Source: Lingula anatina (Eukaryota > Animalia > Brachiopoda). Taken from it: a stretch of DNA of 64,000 nucleotides. How positions within the stretch are numbered: position 1 is the stretch's first letter; the number at the start of each line of letters is the position of its first letter. Below are positions 35,277 to 49,600 of the stretch, in pieces. The translations under genes and the position numbers were made by a program. The notes below the pieces were generated by a model. The model saw only the letters and a program-made list of their open reading frames with translations, made no database searches and was not told the DNA's origin. Location of the stretch: positions 30,957,967 through 31,021,966 of the forward strand of contig CM120640.1 in the NCBI GenBank assembly GCA_051362555.1, read 5' to 3'.

Positions 35277-38200
35277 ACTATTTTTATGGTTTTGAAATAG
35301 TAACGCCTCGGTTAGAAATGTGTTGTTAGCAGTTTGCCATAATAAAATACTTCGACTACACAAAATGATATAGAAAAAACAAATCTGCAATTAAGAAATT
35401 CACTTAATTCCATTTCGAGTCATTCAATGTTTCAAGAATTTCATCGGCTGTTTTATAACTTGGTCATGCTAACAGTCTGTTTTAATCAATAATTAAAACA
35501 AGTCAATTTTCGCGCTCTGAAATTTCATTCTTCATTGTGTGGCGACACTCACGTCGTTAGCCTAACTTTTTATGTAACTGGATCATTTTTGAAATATTGT
35601 AGAGATTTCTTTGTAAAGTCCCAAATATCTCATTTCGTAAAAAATAATTTTTTAATTTAAAAAAATTATCATTCTGTCCTTCAAACCGCAATCTGTACTA
35701 CTCTTTTTTAGTCTATTGTCTATGGGGACAGTTCTGCAAAAGCACGAAATCTCATTCATTAGCGCTTCTGTTTTATGTTTTCTGATGTATTCTGAATAAT
35801 CGCGCAAATACAGTAGGCCCTAGTGCATATATGAAAATGTGCAATATAATATGAAGTGCAAGTAGGTAAACATACTTGATGTGATAACATTTGCTGTGAC
35901 TTATTTTAATGTGATGATCGCCGACAGTTTGTGTAGTTCAAAAATAGCAAACTTTGACTTCACGTAAATTCTGTCGGCACTTTATGTTCCATCTGTAACT
36001 GACAGTAGAACACATACTGTCACGGCGTAGGGATTTTACGTCGTTTTTCTTCACGCGCCATTCGTCGAGTTCGTTGTAAAAACGCTAATTTCAATGAAAA
36101 ATGCCGATAATTTCTTTCTTTTTTAAATTTTTAAAGTTTCAATTTAAAGACATGATAGGCGAGTATGAAAGCTTCATTTTTATTCATTGGGGCAATATTT
36201 CAGAGGAAGAAATTGATAAAGCAAATCAGCGCTTAATTATAACGCCACGGTGATTTTCTAGCATAGAAACAGCATAACAAATTATCTTAATTTTAGTTCT
36301 CTTCGTAGCGTTGACGCTTTGTCAGTTAATTTTCTAGTGCTGCGTTTTTAGTAAAGGCTCTCTTCCTCAATAGACGTCATTTTTTAATTCTAACTTCATC
36401 TTTGTGAATTACTATAGTTGAAACATACGGTAGTTATATAAGTAGAAAAGATAAATCTGTACAGGGTTTTTTTAGAGACAAAAGTTGTTAAAGTTTGTAT
36501 AACCTGGTGTGTTCAAGTTAAAGGACACTGGTAAATACCCGGAGGCACTCAAAACTCAATTTCACCGACTCTCCCAAACCTTTTATACCATCTACCATAC
36601 CTTCCCCCCTCATTTTTGTGCCGCTTTATTTCAACATATTTCCTTTTATTCCAACTTTCTCTATTGAATGGTTCGTCGACATCTAATTTTAAACTAAAAT
36701 ATCATATTGCCATTTCCAATGGCTTATTAGGTAATTTCTTTATGAACTTTTCCTCCCCCTCCCCACCTGGCGTTGTCTTCACTAACAATCATGGTTGAGA
36801 CAGCATCAGAGTCAAAACACCGCAGTCTAATGGCTCGGATCATTACTCTTATTAAAACAGATTGTTCATTTGTAAGTATACAGTATGTATACAAACTGGT
36901 TGGTGTTCTTTTCTCGAAAAATAGACTTAGTGTCTGGATTAACAAAGGCGTGAAATTGTGAACTTTGTCCGAAACTGTTCATGCGTGTTTTCAATACTAT
37001 ATAATTGTGCAGGTAAAAATATTAAATCAATGTAATCCTCTGTCCGTCCCATGTCCCTAAAACTGTAAATCTAAAGCCAGCTGCCGAGTTTCTGATCGTA
37101 GTATTTTTGTATTTTCCTCCAGATGGCGCTATCGTACGGTCTAATTGGTCAAACAGTCAAAACTGCTCAGATATTAAAATCAGTGTGCCATATTGAGTCA
37201 TATCAAGATAGCCAGTGACCTACATAATGTCGTTTCAATTTGGGTGGTTTAGGGTCTGAAGTTAATTTTCGTCTGGTATTTTTTTGAAAATATACTGAAC
37301 ACCAACTCGTCCTTTGTATTTTTAATGTTGTCTATTACAAATGAAGTTTCATCCGTAAAATATTGGTAAGAGTTGAAAAGGAAAGGCGGCCACTTCAGCC
37401 TGCCACCTCCCCCTACCATGAATGTAATGGGATGGACAGCCTGGAAGGAGACGTCACTGCCTCATTGCTGAGTGATCAGGAAGTGGAGCGAAGGCGGCTT
37501 AGATGATTAAGTATACGAATATCGTAATTTCAGCCATATCAATATAACGTTTTAAGAAACCAATGTTAGGTATTTGGTGATAAGTTACTTGTGATTTATT
37601 TTTGAAAAGTATTTTGACACCCGTTTGTTTAAAAGTGGTTTTGACTATTTCCCAACATTTTCCCCACGTAGGCCTACCATTTATTTTCTCCTTTACTTCA
37701 ACTCATCACGTCTCATAAAACAAAGGAAGATGCAGTTGCACTTCTTGTTCAGTATTTTGACCTTTTTCGGTAGAAATAGTAGTGGTGGTGGAAGTTTACC
37801 GTGAGAAATGGCCAAGGAGGGAAAAATGGTGTGAAATGTCTTGTGAGGGTCTGGCTATTGACATGTTGATATTTACACGTACCCGGTAGTGAGCGGTTGG
37901 TAGTGGAATTATAAAATTTAATGTACACTTCCATTTCGAATATTGGCAAGATTTCATAAATTAATATATAATATTTCATTGCATTAAAATGTGTGAGCTA
38001 AATTGAAGTTGTATTGATTTCTGCGTGACATATTATAAGATCAACCTTTCAAGACATAAGGAGCGAAATGCTCAAAATGCTGTTTGGAACGGATTTGAAA
38101 AGGCTTTGTCTTTTACGTGTTTTTTTTTTCAATAACATTACGAATTTACGAATGAAATGTAACATATTTAAAACGTAATGATATATCAGAATGCATGGTC

Positions 38201-38568
38201 ATCAGTTTAAAACTTGCTTTATTGTATTGAAATATGTTCTATACTATCGTAGTGTCAAGTTTGTCTCACGTGACATGTAAAATGGAACTATTTGTGGTAT
38301 TCTTCAGCAAGACGGCAGGGGATGACTTTCTAGTTTTAGATGGGAATTAAGTACGCAAAAATACACAAATTTTATTTTATCGGTTTAAAGCAAAATATTT
38401 TTCTATAATATTCAGAATTCTGTAATATTGGGTTTCACCTAAATTACCAAGGGACACATTACCGAAATCGCTGATAAATTCTACAAGTCCGTTGTCGAAT
38501 TCTTAATTTCTCTTTTTACCAGCGTGAGTGTCTTCTTCAGTCCGATTCTCAAAACTGACTGAAATCTA

Positions 38569-38570
<2 letters not shown>

Positions 38571-38616
<46 letters not shown>
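38571..38616. repeat. (AT)n microsatellite
   Basis: Direct reading. Confidence 0.95.
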
Positions 38617-38619
<3 letters not shown>

Positions 38620-39439
38620 CTGACGCTCATTGTGTGTCTCTCTGTTAATGTTCCGGTGAGAAAAAAGGATTGTCTCTTGAAATTTGCTGTCTTGTTGAGT
38701 AAGAGATGTCATTTTACGAATCAAGATCAATTATTTTGTGTCACAAGTGAAGTATGTAGAATAAAGAAATTTCCATTTGAGAAAAATTTCCATTTGAGAA
38801 ATATCCCTTCTTGAAAAGCTGATTACGTACATGTAAATGCCCTTCATATGATGGAGAAGAAACTACTTTCGTGTTTTACTTATCTCTGAACGTATAGTTC
38901 TTACAATGTAAAATATGACACGTTTTATCAAGAAAATTAACTGATATTTTTGCCATTAATCTGTTAAACAAATCCATGATCTGCGTAAAGATGAAGGGAC
39001 CATTTATGTGATTGAAAATTATTTCATTTTTCAAATTTAATTGTTTTAAGCAATTTTCTCTAACCAGCATCTTTCCTTCTATTGACCAGATGATGCAGAA
39101 ATTAGGGATATTTTTTCGTCTTTTGTTTTTGTCATTAAGAAAAAACATAAGACCATTAGTGTGGTAGATAGTTTATTTGTCAAGTCAAATATATAAGAAT
39201 GTTATATTTTTACACTTGTTGAATTTAAATACAGACATAGTAATATTATACTATAATATCATAATATTCTTTTAGTTACTAGAACGCTTTTTAACTTGTA
39301 GTAATAAAAAGACTGAAGACAATGATATTTTACAGATATGTCTTATAAACAATCGAATACTGAGTACATAAGAGCAATCTGTATTTCTCTGAATAAAAAA
39401 CTTATTAAATATACCAAACGTCATAGTGTTTTTACTGAT

Positions 39440-39645
39440 GGCTACATGACTCGGTGGTAGCCTGGGGTTGGGGTTCGATTCCTGGCTCGGGCACTTTGGA
39501 ATTACAAATGGAGTGCTATCAAAATTTTCCTTTGGTTACTATAAGAAGAAAGTCTACCCGGGGAGGGTGGGTGGGAACAGTTAGAGGAGTAGGTAACGCG
39601 CTTGCCTCTCAGACAGAAGGTCGCCAGTTCGATTCCTGGCGCTTC
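39440..39645 (+). mobile_element. Two decayed tRNA-derived (SINE head / pseudo-tRNA) sequences
   Basis: B-box GGTTCGATTCC at about 39472 and T-arm CGCCAGTTCGATTCCTGGCG at 39622-39641, preceded by GGTAACGCGCTTGCCTCTCA.ACAGAAGG. No intact acceptor stem. Confidence 0.55.
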
Positions 39646-41812
39646 TAGGTCCCAGCAAATTACCTTTTGCAAAAATAAACTCAAGTAAACAATTTAGACT
39701 ACTACAAGAGGGTCATACGAATAAGGAAAAGCAAGTTGAGGCAGTGGCTCAATAGGTAAGGCGACAGACGAAGAAGACGACTGACTAAGTTGATAACCAA
39801 AGGTTCGAGTTGAGCTGAAGAAAAGAGTCGGGAATGATGATGTGACATTTTACAAATTTTGAAACTACATCTATTACAGCTTTTATGTACGTTTATTAAA
39901 ACAAATGCAAGCAATTCCACAATACAGATCTATGCAAAACCCATACATTACGTTTTGGCTCTACATAAAAAGTAATTTTCATAACGACTTCGCATTTCGA
40001 GATGTAAATCAAGCTTAAATACAACTATCTACAACTAAATGTGTCGGAGGTTCTATGCATTTTGAAAATTGTCGTTTAAGAACAATTGTTTTGGTTTTTT
40101 AACAAGTGTCCAAGAACACTGCATACGAGACCACATAATACTGACCAGAACAAGAAATTATCAGGTTTTTTGCTGCGACTTAAAAGAGAAAGTTGAAGAT
40201 TTGAAGTGAAGTATTTTACAGCCATTGACATTGGTGTATTCGTCTTTTGACTGATCCAAAATTTCAACGAGGGACATTTTTATCCAAATTCAAAGGTGGT
40301 ATCAAATTGAAAATTCAAAATGCATATGATCTCACGTAAGCGTTACCCCCACACGCGGGTACACACTCATGACACCACAACTTCCTCTATGTCGCCATGC
40401 TGATGATCACACACAACACCAAACAGCAGTCAAACATTATTCAATTATGTAAATTTGATGAGTGCTTTTCTCATAGATAAATAAATATGTACCTCATATT
40501 TTGCGTCATCTTTAGGATTTTGCTGGCATTTCGAGTGAACACTTAAATTTATGCGTCGTGCAAATCAAGAACAGCATGAAGACATGGTCAGTTTACAACC
40601 TTATCCCAGTCATGGTCATTTTAAGAACAATATGTAAACAAAATTGAAAAGGTTATGCAAAAACAAGTCTAGTTTACTCAAAATAACTAATCACATTTAC
40701 TCAGAAAATGCTAATAAACTCAAAGATCTCTGGTGTTCAGTGATCAAAAAACACTCAGTAAAAATAACCCAACAGCATGTGCAGGACTGGCACCTAATCA
40801 GGCCTTTTGTTCTCAATCACCCCTTGATCCCGACTGAATTATAGAATTAAGAATGTGCCAAGTACAAGATCAACATTAAATAAAACGCTGACCTTCCAAT
40901 TTTGTGTAAAACTTACTCTAGCCAATCAAAGTGTCATTTTTCTGATAGTATTTTGATTTTTCATATTTGATTAGACAAAAAAATCACAAAAGAAAAGATT
41001 TTTAGACGATAAGTCAGTAAATTGGCAATTAACAGAAAAAAAATCGTGTTTTAGAGGATTGACAAAAGTTGAGTCTACAAAAGTTCGTTTAATTACTAGG
41101 AAATACCCATTACCCCCAAAACAGAGCTTGTAGTTTTTGATACGAGTTTGATAAGGATTTTTCAAAATTTCAAGTTGTAAAAGATGCGATAAATGCCAGT
41201 CCTACATATACATTTTAATTGACAAAAGACGGAAAAGGAAACACTTCCTACTAATCACCGTTTCTCTTTGTGAACAGTTCCGCTTTGTAATGAAGGTAAA
41301 AGTTAATTGTCCTTTTTTAATAACAAAAACTTATCAATTTCGAAAGGAAAAACTGACTCGACCCCTGGTTTGATTTTCTGAAAACAAAAACATCTTTACC
41401 CCCTCCCAGCAATAAAACTATGGGTCTATCACTGATCAGACATACTACTAGTATATCAAAACACCGGGATCCAAAAGAAGTTTATTCTTACCATGCGTCA
41501 TAACCGCATATTCACAATTCTAGAAAGACCCTATAAAGACGTTTTAATACGTGTGGGCAATTCTGCCAAAACTTGAGCACATTTTACAATTTTATACTGC
41601 CGTTAATTCTTAATTGCATAATTTGGATCACAACGTTTACAATTTATTGTAGATTTTTTCATTGAACCCATAATAAAATGCCTGTATGCATTTTACGTAA
41701 TGAAGTTGCGACTATTTTTTTCTAAAGTTAGCTTCATTAAAATCAATATTTGTATCCAATTTAATATGAATAAACGTGCATTTTCGTGTCTTCTTACCTA
41801 GTTGCCCACACA

Positions 41813-42307
41813 CAGGGCCGTAGCCTCCGGGGGGGGGGGGGGCGGGGGGGGGGCGGGGGGGGGGGCAGTTGCCCCCCCCCCCCCCCCTGGGATTTGAGGT
41901 GCAAAAAAATAATCGCAAAGGTGAATGAAAATAATTGCAAAATTGGTATCAATTCTGTGAGAAAATGCGCTCATGGCCACTAGACAATCATTCAACAATC
42001 TGTTTACAAAGGTGTACTGTTTTTAGACAATCTACGAAATGAAGTACAATTGGCATGTTGTGTTGAAAAATGACTGTACCTATGGCAAAATGAACCCACA
42101 ATTTCTGACTTCTGATTTAGCAATAAATAACAGTTATAATGCACCAGAATTCAGTATTATACATACAGTTTTTTAAAAATTTCCACACCGTGGGAGGGGG
42201 ACCCCCCCCCCCCCCACACACACACACACCCTCCCCCCTCGGGGGCTTCGCCCCCTTGTGTCCGCTTACTGCCCCCCCCCTGGCATTTTGCTCAGACTAC
42301 GGCCCTG
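41813..42307. mobile_element. ~495-bp hAT-like MITE with poly-G/poly-C subtermini
   Basis: TIR CAGGGCCGTAG / CTACGGCCCTG; imperfect flanking repeat GCCCACACA / ACTCACACA. Confidence 0.8.
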
Positions 42308-44624
42308 ACTCACACAAAATTTTACAATGAAATATTAAACCGGTAGTACTAGCACAGTGCTCTACCTGCACATCACTTGATGATAATTTTACAACAATTA
42401 ATTTTATTTTCATAGATCACTTAAGCAAGTCATTTTTTGTTTAAGGATAACTTCAAAAGTGTCGTTTCAGGTTCGGGAACTGGTGGGCATGAACAAAAAA
42501 TAAATAAATCACAATGAAAACATCGTGTGCGGATAGAGTACTGTACTACAACTTATTTACACATGTATAATAATAAGCGAGCGACGTGCAGGGTTGACGC
42601 TTGGATTTAGTCAATTTTATTAGAAGTTTCATGAATAAAACATTTGTTGCACGCTGCACTTCATTCGATACACGTTTTGATGCAGAAAATTACAACCCAA
42701 AGCAAACATTGCATTTCAAACCAAATCAAATGTCAGCCCTGCAAGTTGACTATACGACAAACGCAAGACAACGTTGACATGGGTGCGGGCGCTGGCGAAC
42801 ACGAATCTGACGTCTTTTCTGGGAGTGCGTCTAATCTCAACGTAGACGGTTGTTACGAGACACTGAAATTAAATGAAAAATGAAATAAATTAAACAAAAT
42901 CCATGTGAGAGAAAAATTATCTAGTGAAATACAATATTCATACCGACCCTTTTTGGTATGTATTAAGAGATATAAAAGTCACATTATATATATAAGAATA
43001 GATATATCCTCGGTATATTGAACCTACACGTTCTATACAATGACATCATTACTATTGCATACCCTGTACACACTGTTACACGTCAACATACTAATATTTA
43101 TATTTATCTATCTTTGCTAAGCCATATCCCTCCACAAGGAGTATTGTGATGGAGACTGCATATTTGCCCACATAGATAATTTTATCATAAAAACAGAAAA
43201 CCGGCCGTACAATCACGCTGCTCTGTATACCAACTATTACAAAAGATATCAGTGTTTGGACTTTATATATTTGCGGAATTAAAAGTAGATAAATGTAAAC
43301 ATTTTACAGAAAGCCTAGTTTTGATAAAGATAACTCTGGATTTTGTAAATGCGGGGATCAGGGTTACAATGTAGTAATATAAAATTGTTTCGGTTCCGTA
43401 GGATAACATAAAACACTGGTCAATGACAATTAACATGTTGTTTATAGGGCACAAGGATGCAGAAAGTGTTTGGTTTTTGTCTTGTTTTATTTATGCATTA
43501 TATTGCTTATTTTGTGAGTAGTCTGACATAAATTCAGCATTTTATTGCTACATGTGCTTATTAAAACCACTTCGCTTTTATAGACAGAAAAAGAATGATT
43601 TTACCAATTACTTGATTCCAATTCAGCCACTTAATTAATTTTGTAATCCAAACACTAGAATTTTAGCTCTATTTCTTTTAAAATCAGATACTTTGTTCGA
43701 GCATTTTATTCCCGATTGTAAAATCAAGGATGGAATGAAATTGAATCATGAAAATTGAAGTCAAGGGAGGTCGACAGTGTCTAGCAAATGTACGTTTGCT
43801 TTCCTGGTCGAGGTTAGTTCTCTAGAAAACCACTGGTTTGTTGTCAGTTTACTTTAATAAACAGGATAATTTTGTACAAACCGCTGTCGTAAGATAAAAA
43901 AAAAGGCACCCATTGGGAGCTGAGAATGCACCGATAGTTACCTGCTTTGTCGCCTTGCTTTGTTTAAGACGTATTAACGCGTTCAGACCTTTGGACGGCT
44001 GGGATAATCTTTTCACTTCTTTATGAGCAAATACTTTTTTTCTGGAAAAGGCAACATAAAAAGTTATTTAACTTTTCAAGCTCATTTCGGCATTCATGTC
44101 AATGAAATATACCCAAGAACAATTACCCCTGAAGTGGGAAATGCATACTTTTTGACAAAATATCGTCAACATAAACCGATCAGTGTTGCCTTATGTCATC
44201 TTTACAGTACTTACAACAAACTATATCAGTTCTCAGTGCCAAAATTTCAGTTTACGTGTGGAAATTGTGACAATGTGGCATATAAAGCTTCTTCCTCTTC
44301 CTCCTGACCTTGGCCCTTTCTGAATACCTCTCACCAAATGCTCACCTGGTTACATAATAGTATCACTGTCGTGGGATTGTGTTAGAGAAGACACATTGTT
44401 GTTTTCCCTCAATCTAAAACGCTACCATCAGGTTATTATACAAACAAGCCATTTTGTTTTGCCTATAGACTTTCATCCCAAATGAATGAGGTTATTTCCA
44501 ATTAAAACATGAATGAGACTGTTTTAAGACTAGAAGAATTACAAGGCACAAAACCATAGACATAAAAATTTTGCACTCTGAACTTGACCAAACGATTACC
44601 AAATCAACAGGAGGCAGAATATAA

Positions 44625-44919
44625 AGCGCCATTCAGAATATATGATCCCAGTACTATCTGATCCGCCGACTAAATATGGCCGACCACACTTCAAAAGTTT
44701 TAGAGATGTCGCTGATTCCTAATAACCTCCCCGCCTCTACAAGCGCCATGAAATGGATCAAATCTTGGCTCCGAGGTTTAATTGCTAGGCCCCTGCAGCG
44801 ACGGCGCATGTGGAGGCGGGGAGACCATCCAGAAACAGCGGCACCTCTTTTGAAGTGTTGTCGGCCATATTAAGTCGGCGGATCAGTTAGTACTCGGATC
44901 ATCTGTTTTGAATGGGGCC
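44625..44919. mobile_element. ~295-bp PIF/Harbinger-like MITE with ~75-bp TIRs
   Basis: CCATTCAGAATATATGATCCCAGTACTATCTGATCCGCCGACTAAATATGGCCGAC...CACTTCAAAAG mirrored at about 44846-44919; TAA/TTA flanks. Confidence 0.85.
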
Positions 44920-45534
44920 TTAGTGAGGAGTGAGGGTAACCACTGAGAAAGTAACAATAACGCAGGAGGGCGGGTCGACGAAAAATTACGCGCATGGAAC
45001 TGTGCATCAATTGAGTGGTGTCTCGGCCCTCGGATATAAACGGCGCAGCAAAGACGTTCTTGTTTGTCTGAATTTCATTGTGACACCAGTGAGGATAAAT
45101 GTTTATGTATCAATCTGTATGAATGTAAAGTTTATATGCACAAACGCGAAAACGACTATGAGTTTTTGTTTTCATCATCCATTTCATCCAGCTATTTTTC
45201 TTTGTGAATGCATTTTAATGAATTACAGGTTCTTAGCTCAGACGTCTCCTCAAGTTCACCTTGCCAGTTTTGTTAAATGCCGCTGCTAACGCGTTCCTGG
45301 AAAATGCTAACTTTTAGGTGACTTCCTTTTTAATCATAATCTCCAAACACCTTTTCATTTCAGAGCTTAATGATTTTAGGTTATATTTGCTTTGCATTTT
45401 TACCTCTCTATATAAGGAGGAGTTCTTCCAGCTTTTCCTCCAAATTCGTGGTTTGATATTTTGATATGAAAACCCAAAATTTAAAGTTGTTTTGCTAAAA
45501 CAGAAGTAGAAGCAGTCTACAAGCGTCTGTCTCG

Positions 45535-48500
45535 GTAGATCTTAGTTACTACAGTATTTTATTTATATGTAAAATATGGCTATGGCGTATTGTCAGATCA
45601 ATTTTACTTCTAGGTTCAAGTCAGAAGATCATATATTAATGCTGATTTCTCTTCATAAACGAGCTAAAAATAGGTATGCCACCTGCCAAAATTAGTTCTT
45701 GAACAAAGTAACCATGGTAGATCGTAATTCATTATTTAAGTTACATGTAAAATATGGCCATAATTTATTGTCAGATCAGTTTTACTTCCAGGTTTAAGTA
45801 AGAAGATCATATAATATTGGTAATTTCTATTAAACTAGACAGCAAAGCTGGCAAATATACAGACACCATACAGGAAACAAGGCAGCAAAGCTGACAAACG
45901 TTCAGACACTACACAGAAAAAAAAGTGTACCAAATAATGTTTTGGCCAATTTTGATGCACTGCTACATAATACGTAAAAGCAGCATAATCACTTACCCTC
46001 TTACATTATTTACTACAGGTAACAGGGACATTGAAAAGCTACCAAATGATTCAGTTCCATGGGATATAAAAGCCACTGAAAATGCTTATATGTGAAAAAT
46101 AAAAAAATTCACACAAAAAAATAATAATTACCATAAATGTAAACAGATCTTGGCTATTTTCAAAGTAACCTGGCTCTTTACCAAACAAAACCACTCAGTA
46201 CATCTAGAGTAAAACAAAAATACAGTTCGGCAGTTATGGGGCAAACATTACAAAAATTGTGAAAAAAAAAAAACAGAATAATTACCGTAAATGTAAACCA
46301 ATCATGCTGATTTTCCAAACCAACCTGTCTCTTTACCAAACAAAGCCACTCAGTGAAATAAAAGGAAAACAAAAATACGATTCAAGAATTATGGGTTGAA
46401 TGCCACATAAACTGTGCAAAAAAAAAAAAAAAAAAAACAGAATAATTATCATAAATGTAAAGCAACCATGGGGATTTTCAAAAGCAACCTGCCTCTTTAC
46501 CAAAAAAGCCACTCGGTTAATTAAAAGTAAAACAAAAATACAGTTTGAAAGTTATGGGGTGAACTTCAGCAACAACGACGGCACAAACAAACAGACCAAT
46601 CAGAATATATACAGACATTTACAGTGTCTGTATATAACAAGGCAGCAAAGCTGTCAAATGTACAGACAAAAAACAGGAAATAACTATGCACAAAATAGGC
46701 TACTGTCAATTCTGATGCAAAAGTACATTATGTTAAACTGCAGATTCAACATCAAATTTTAATTATGCTCAACAGGTAATACCAATGTAAGTAAAATGTT
46801 ACAAGTTCACACTTTGAAAATGTATAACTTCCAGAAAAAGAAGCCAATTAGACTGCTTTTCCAACTCAGGCTGCATTTTAGTCCTGTATTTCTTTTTTGA
46901 AAGTTAGGCAATCATAAGTAACATGGTTTTCCCATAATGGTCCCCATGGCAGCAGTGCCCAAAATACGTTTTTTTCAAAATTTGATGCAATATTACATAA
47001 TGTTTAACAGCATAATGACCATCAATTTTAATAATAAAATATTAGTATTATGGATATTCAGAAAATGTGACTAGCAAAGGTCTTCAGGCCCATGGAACTT
47101 CAAAGTCACAACTTGAAAATGCCAAAATGTAAACAAGACAGCACTGTTCTGAAATGGTTTTTTTTATTTTTAACAATTTTTAACATAACACAAAATTAAC
47201 AGTTTACTGCCGTTTTTATATGATCAACTAAGGAAATTGATGAGATGGGAAAAATATCAATAGAGCAGTGTTAAATGTCCAATTTCTTCCATTCTGAGAT
47301 TCTGAACATAGTGAATGATTGAATCTGACAAACTGCAATGATATGAGTTTATTTCCATTTTTGAAACTTTATTACACAATACATGATAACAAGTTTACCA
47401 TCATTTTTACATAATCAACTAATAATGTTGTAAAGATGCAGGAAATGCCAAACAAACACTTTTACGTATCTTATTAATTAAATAATGAAACTGTTAACAT
47501 GGCTAAGAATTGAATCTGAGGAAATGTGAAAAAACGGCATTTCTTTAAAATAATGGCCCGATTATGCTGTTTTTCTAACTCAACCTGCGTTTTAGCAGGA
47601 ATGACCACTCCTGTGAGTTTAATGACAATTGGCCTATCTGTTTTTCTTATATTGTGTTTACAGTGTTGCATATATGCTGAAAAGTGAAAAAAAAGCATAA
47701 CTACTAAGAAAATGGCCCGATCATGCCGATTTTTGAACTTGACCTGCATTTTATGAATATTCATCAGCTCTGTAAATATATAGTCAAAAAGTAAAACTGC
47801 CTTCCACTTATCGTGTTTACAATGAAAGTTCACGTCGCCGGCGCCGGCGACATGGACAGTGACGGCAACGACAGATGCAGGTGATGGCAATATGTACAGA
47901 CACATCTGTACATATTTACTGTATTGTTTGAGAACAGTAAGTGACATGGTTTTTCTTAAATGGTCATTATGGGAGCAGTGCCCAAAATAGTTTTTTTTCA
48001 AATTTTGATGCAATATTACATAATGTTTAACAGCATAATGACCATCAATTTTTAATAATAAAATATTAGTATCATGGAAATTCAGAAAATGTGACTAGCG
48101 AAGGTCTTCAGGCCCATGGAACTTCAAAGTCACAACTTGAAAATGCCAAAATGTAAACAAGTCAGCACTGTTCTGAAATGTTTTTTTTCCATTTTTAACA
48201 ATTTTTTTAACATAAAACAAAATTAACAGGTTACTGCCATTTTTATACGATCAACTAAGAAAATTGATGACATGGGAAAAATATCAATACAACAGTGTTA
48301 AATGTCCAATTTCCTCCATTCTGAGATTCTGAACATAGTGAATGATTGAATCTGACAAACTGCAATGATATGATTTTATTTCCATTTTTGACACTTTATT
48401 ACACAATACACGATAACAAGCTTACCATCATTTTGACATAATCAACTAATAATGTTGTAAAGATGCAGGAAATGTCAACCAAACACTTTTACATGTCTTA

Positions 48501-49600
48501 GTAGTTAAATAATGAGACTGTTAACATGCCTAAGAATTGAATCTGAGGAAATGTGAAACAAGACAGCACTGTTCTGACATGGGTTTATTTCCATTTTTAA
48601 CACTTTTTTTAACATAAAACAAAATTAACAGTTTACTGCAATTTTTATATGATCAACTAAGAAAATTGATGAGATGGGAAAAATATCAATAGAATAGTGT
48701 TAAATCTCCAATTTCCTTCATTCTGAGAATCTGAATATAGTGAATGATTGAATCTGACAAACTGCAATGATATGTTTATTTCCATTTTTGACACTTTATT
48801 ACACAATACATGATAACAAGTTTACCATCATTTTTACATAATCAACTAACAATGTTGTAAAGATGTAGGAAATGTCAAACAAACACTTTTACGTATCTTA
48901 TTAGTTCAATAAAGAGACTGTTAACATGCCTAAGAGTTGAATCTGAGGAAATGTGAAAAAACAGCAAAACGTCTAAAATAATGCCCCGATTATGCTGATT
49001 TTCGAACTCAACCTGCGTTTTAGTAAGACTGACCACTCCTGTGAGTTTAATGACAATTGGCCTATCTGTTTTTCTTATATTGTGTTTACAGTGTTGCATA
49101 TATGCTGAAAAATGAAAAACAGCATAACTACTAAAATATTTGCCCGATCATGCCGATTTTCGAACTTGACCTGCGTTTTAGTAAGTTTGATTACTCCTGT
49201 GAGTTTCATGACAATAGGCCTAACAGTTTTCCTTAAAATGTGTTTACAGGGTTGCATATATGCTGAAAAGTGAAAAAACAGCATAACTTCTACAATAATG
49301 GCCCGATCATGCTGATTTTTTAACTTGACCTGTGTTTTATGAATATTCATCAGCTCTGTAAATATAAAGCCAAAAAGTAAAACTGCCCTCCACTTATCGT
49401 GTTTACAAGGAAAGTGCACATCTGTGTCTGTACATAAAAATGAGCTGCAAAAATAGATAGACAATGCCACCTGCCAAAATTAGCCCTTGACTACACCTTA
49501 CTAATGTATGTAACGTCTGTCATAGTAGATCTTAGGTATTAAATTTATATGTAAAATATGCTTATGACTTGTCAGATGACAATTACTGCTATGTTTATCA
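45535..49600. repeat. ~180-bp tandem repeat (45535-45830 and 49441-49600) split by the HINE cluster
   Basis: GTAGATC...ATGTAAAATATG...TTGTCAGAT and ATGCCACCTGCCAAAATTAG occur on both sides of the 3.6-kb insertion. Confidence 0.7.
45834..49440 (-). mobile_element. 3.6-kb head-to-tail cluster of HINE family A elements
   Basis: Starts ACTAG-ACAGCAAAGCTG-GCAAATATACAGACAC. First unit ends with microsatellite plus hairpin ATATACAGACA-TTTACAG-TGTCTGTATAT (about 46608-46636). Next unit starts immediately with ACAAGGCAGCAAAGCTGTCAAATGTACAGAC. Further ends at about 47910 and 49435. ~159-bp internal repeats; no TSD. Confidence 0.72.

Noticed and set aside
36785-37515. Host gene exons (MVETASESKH... with GTAAGT donor; GC-richer patch at 37370-37510)
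   Set aside because: No recognisable domain and no consistent multi-exon chain.
39575-39645. Functional tRNA gene
   Set aside because: Only the T-arm/B-box is convincing; acceptor and D stems do not pair, so it is treated as a SINE head or pseudo-tRNA.
222-49440. Simple 46-kb segmental duplication explaining the match between 222-2684 and 46636-49440
   Set aside because: Similarity stops at the element ends and the flanks differ, so these are separate insertions.
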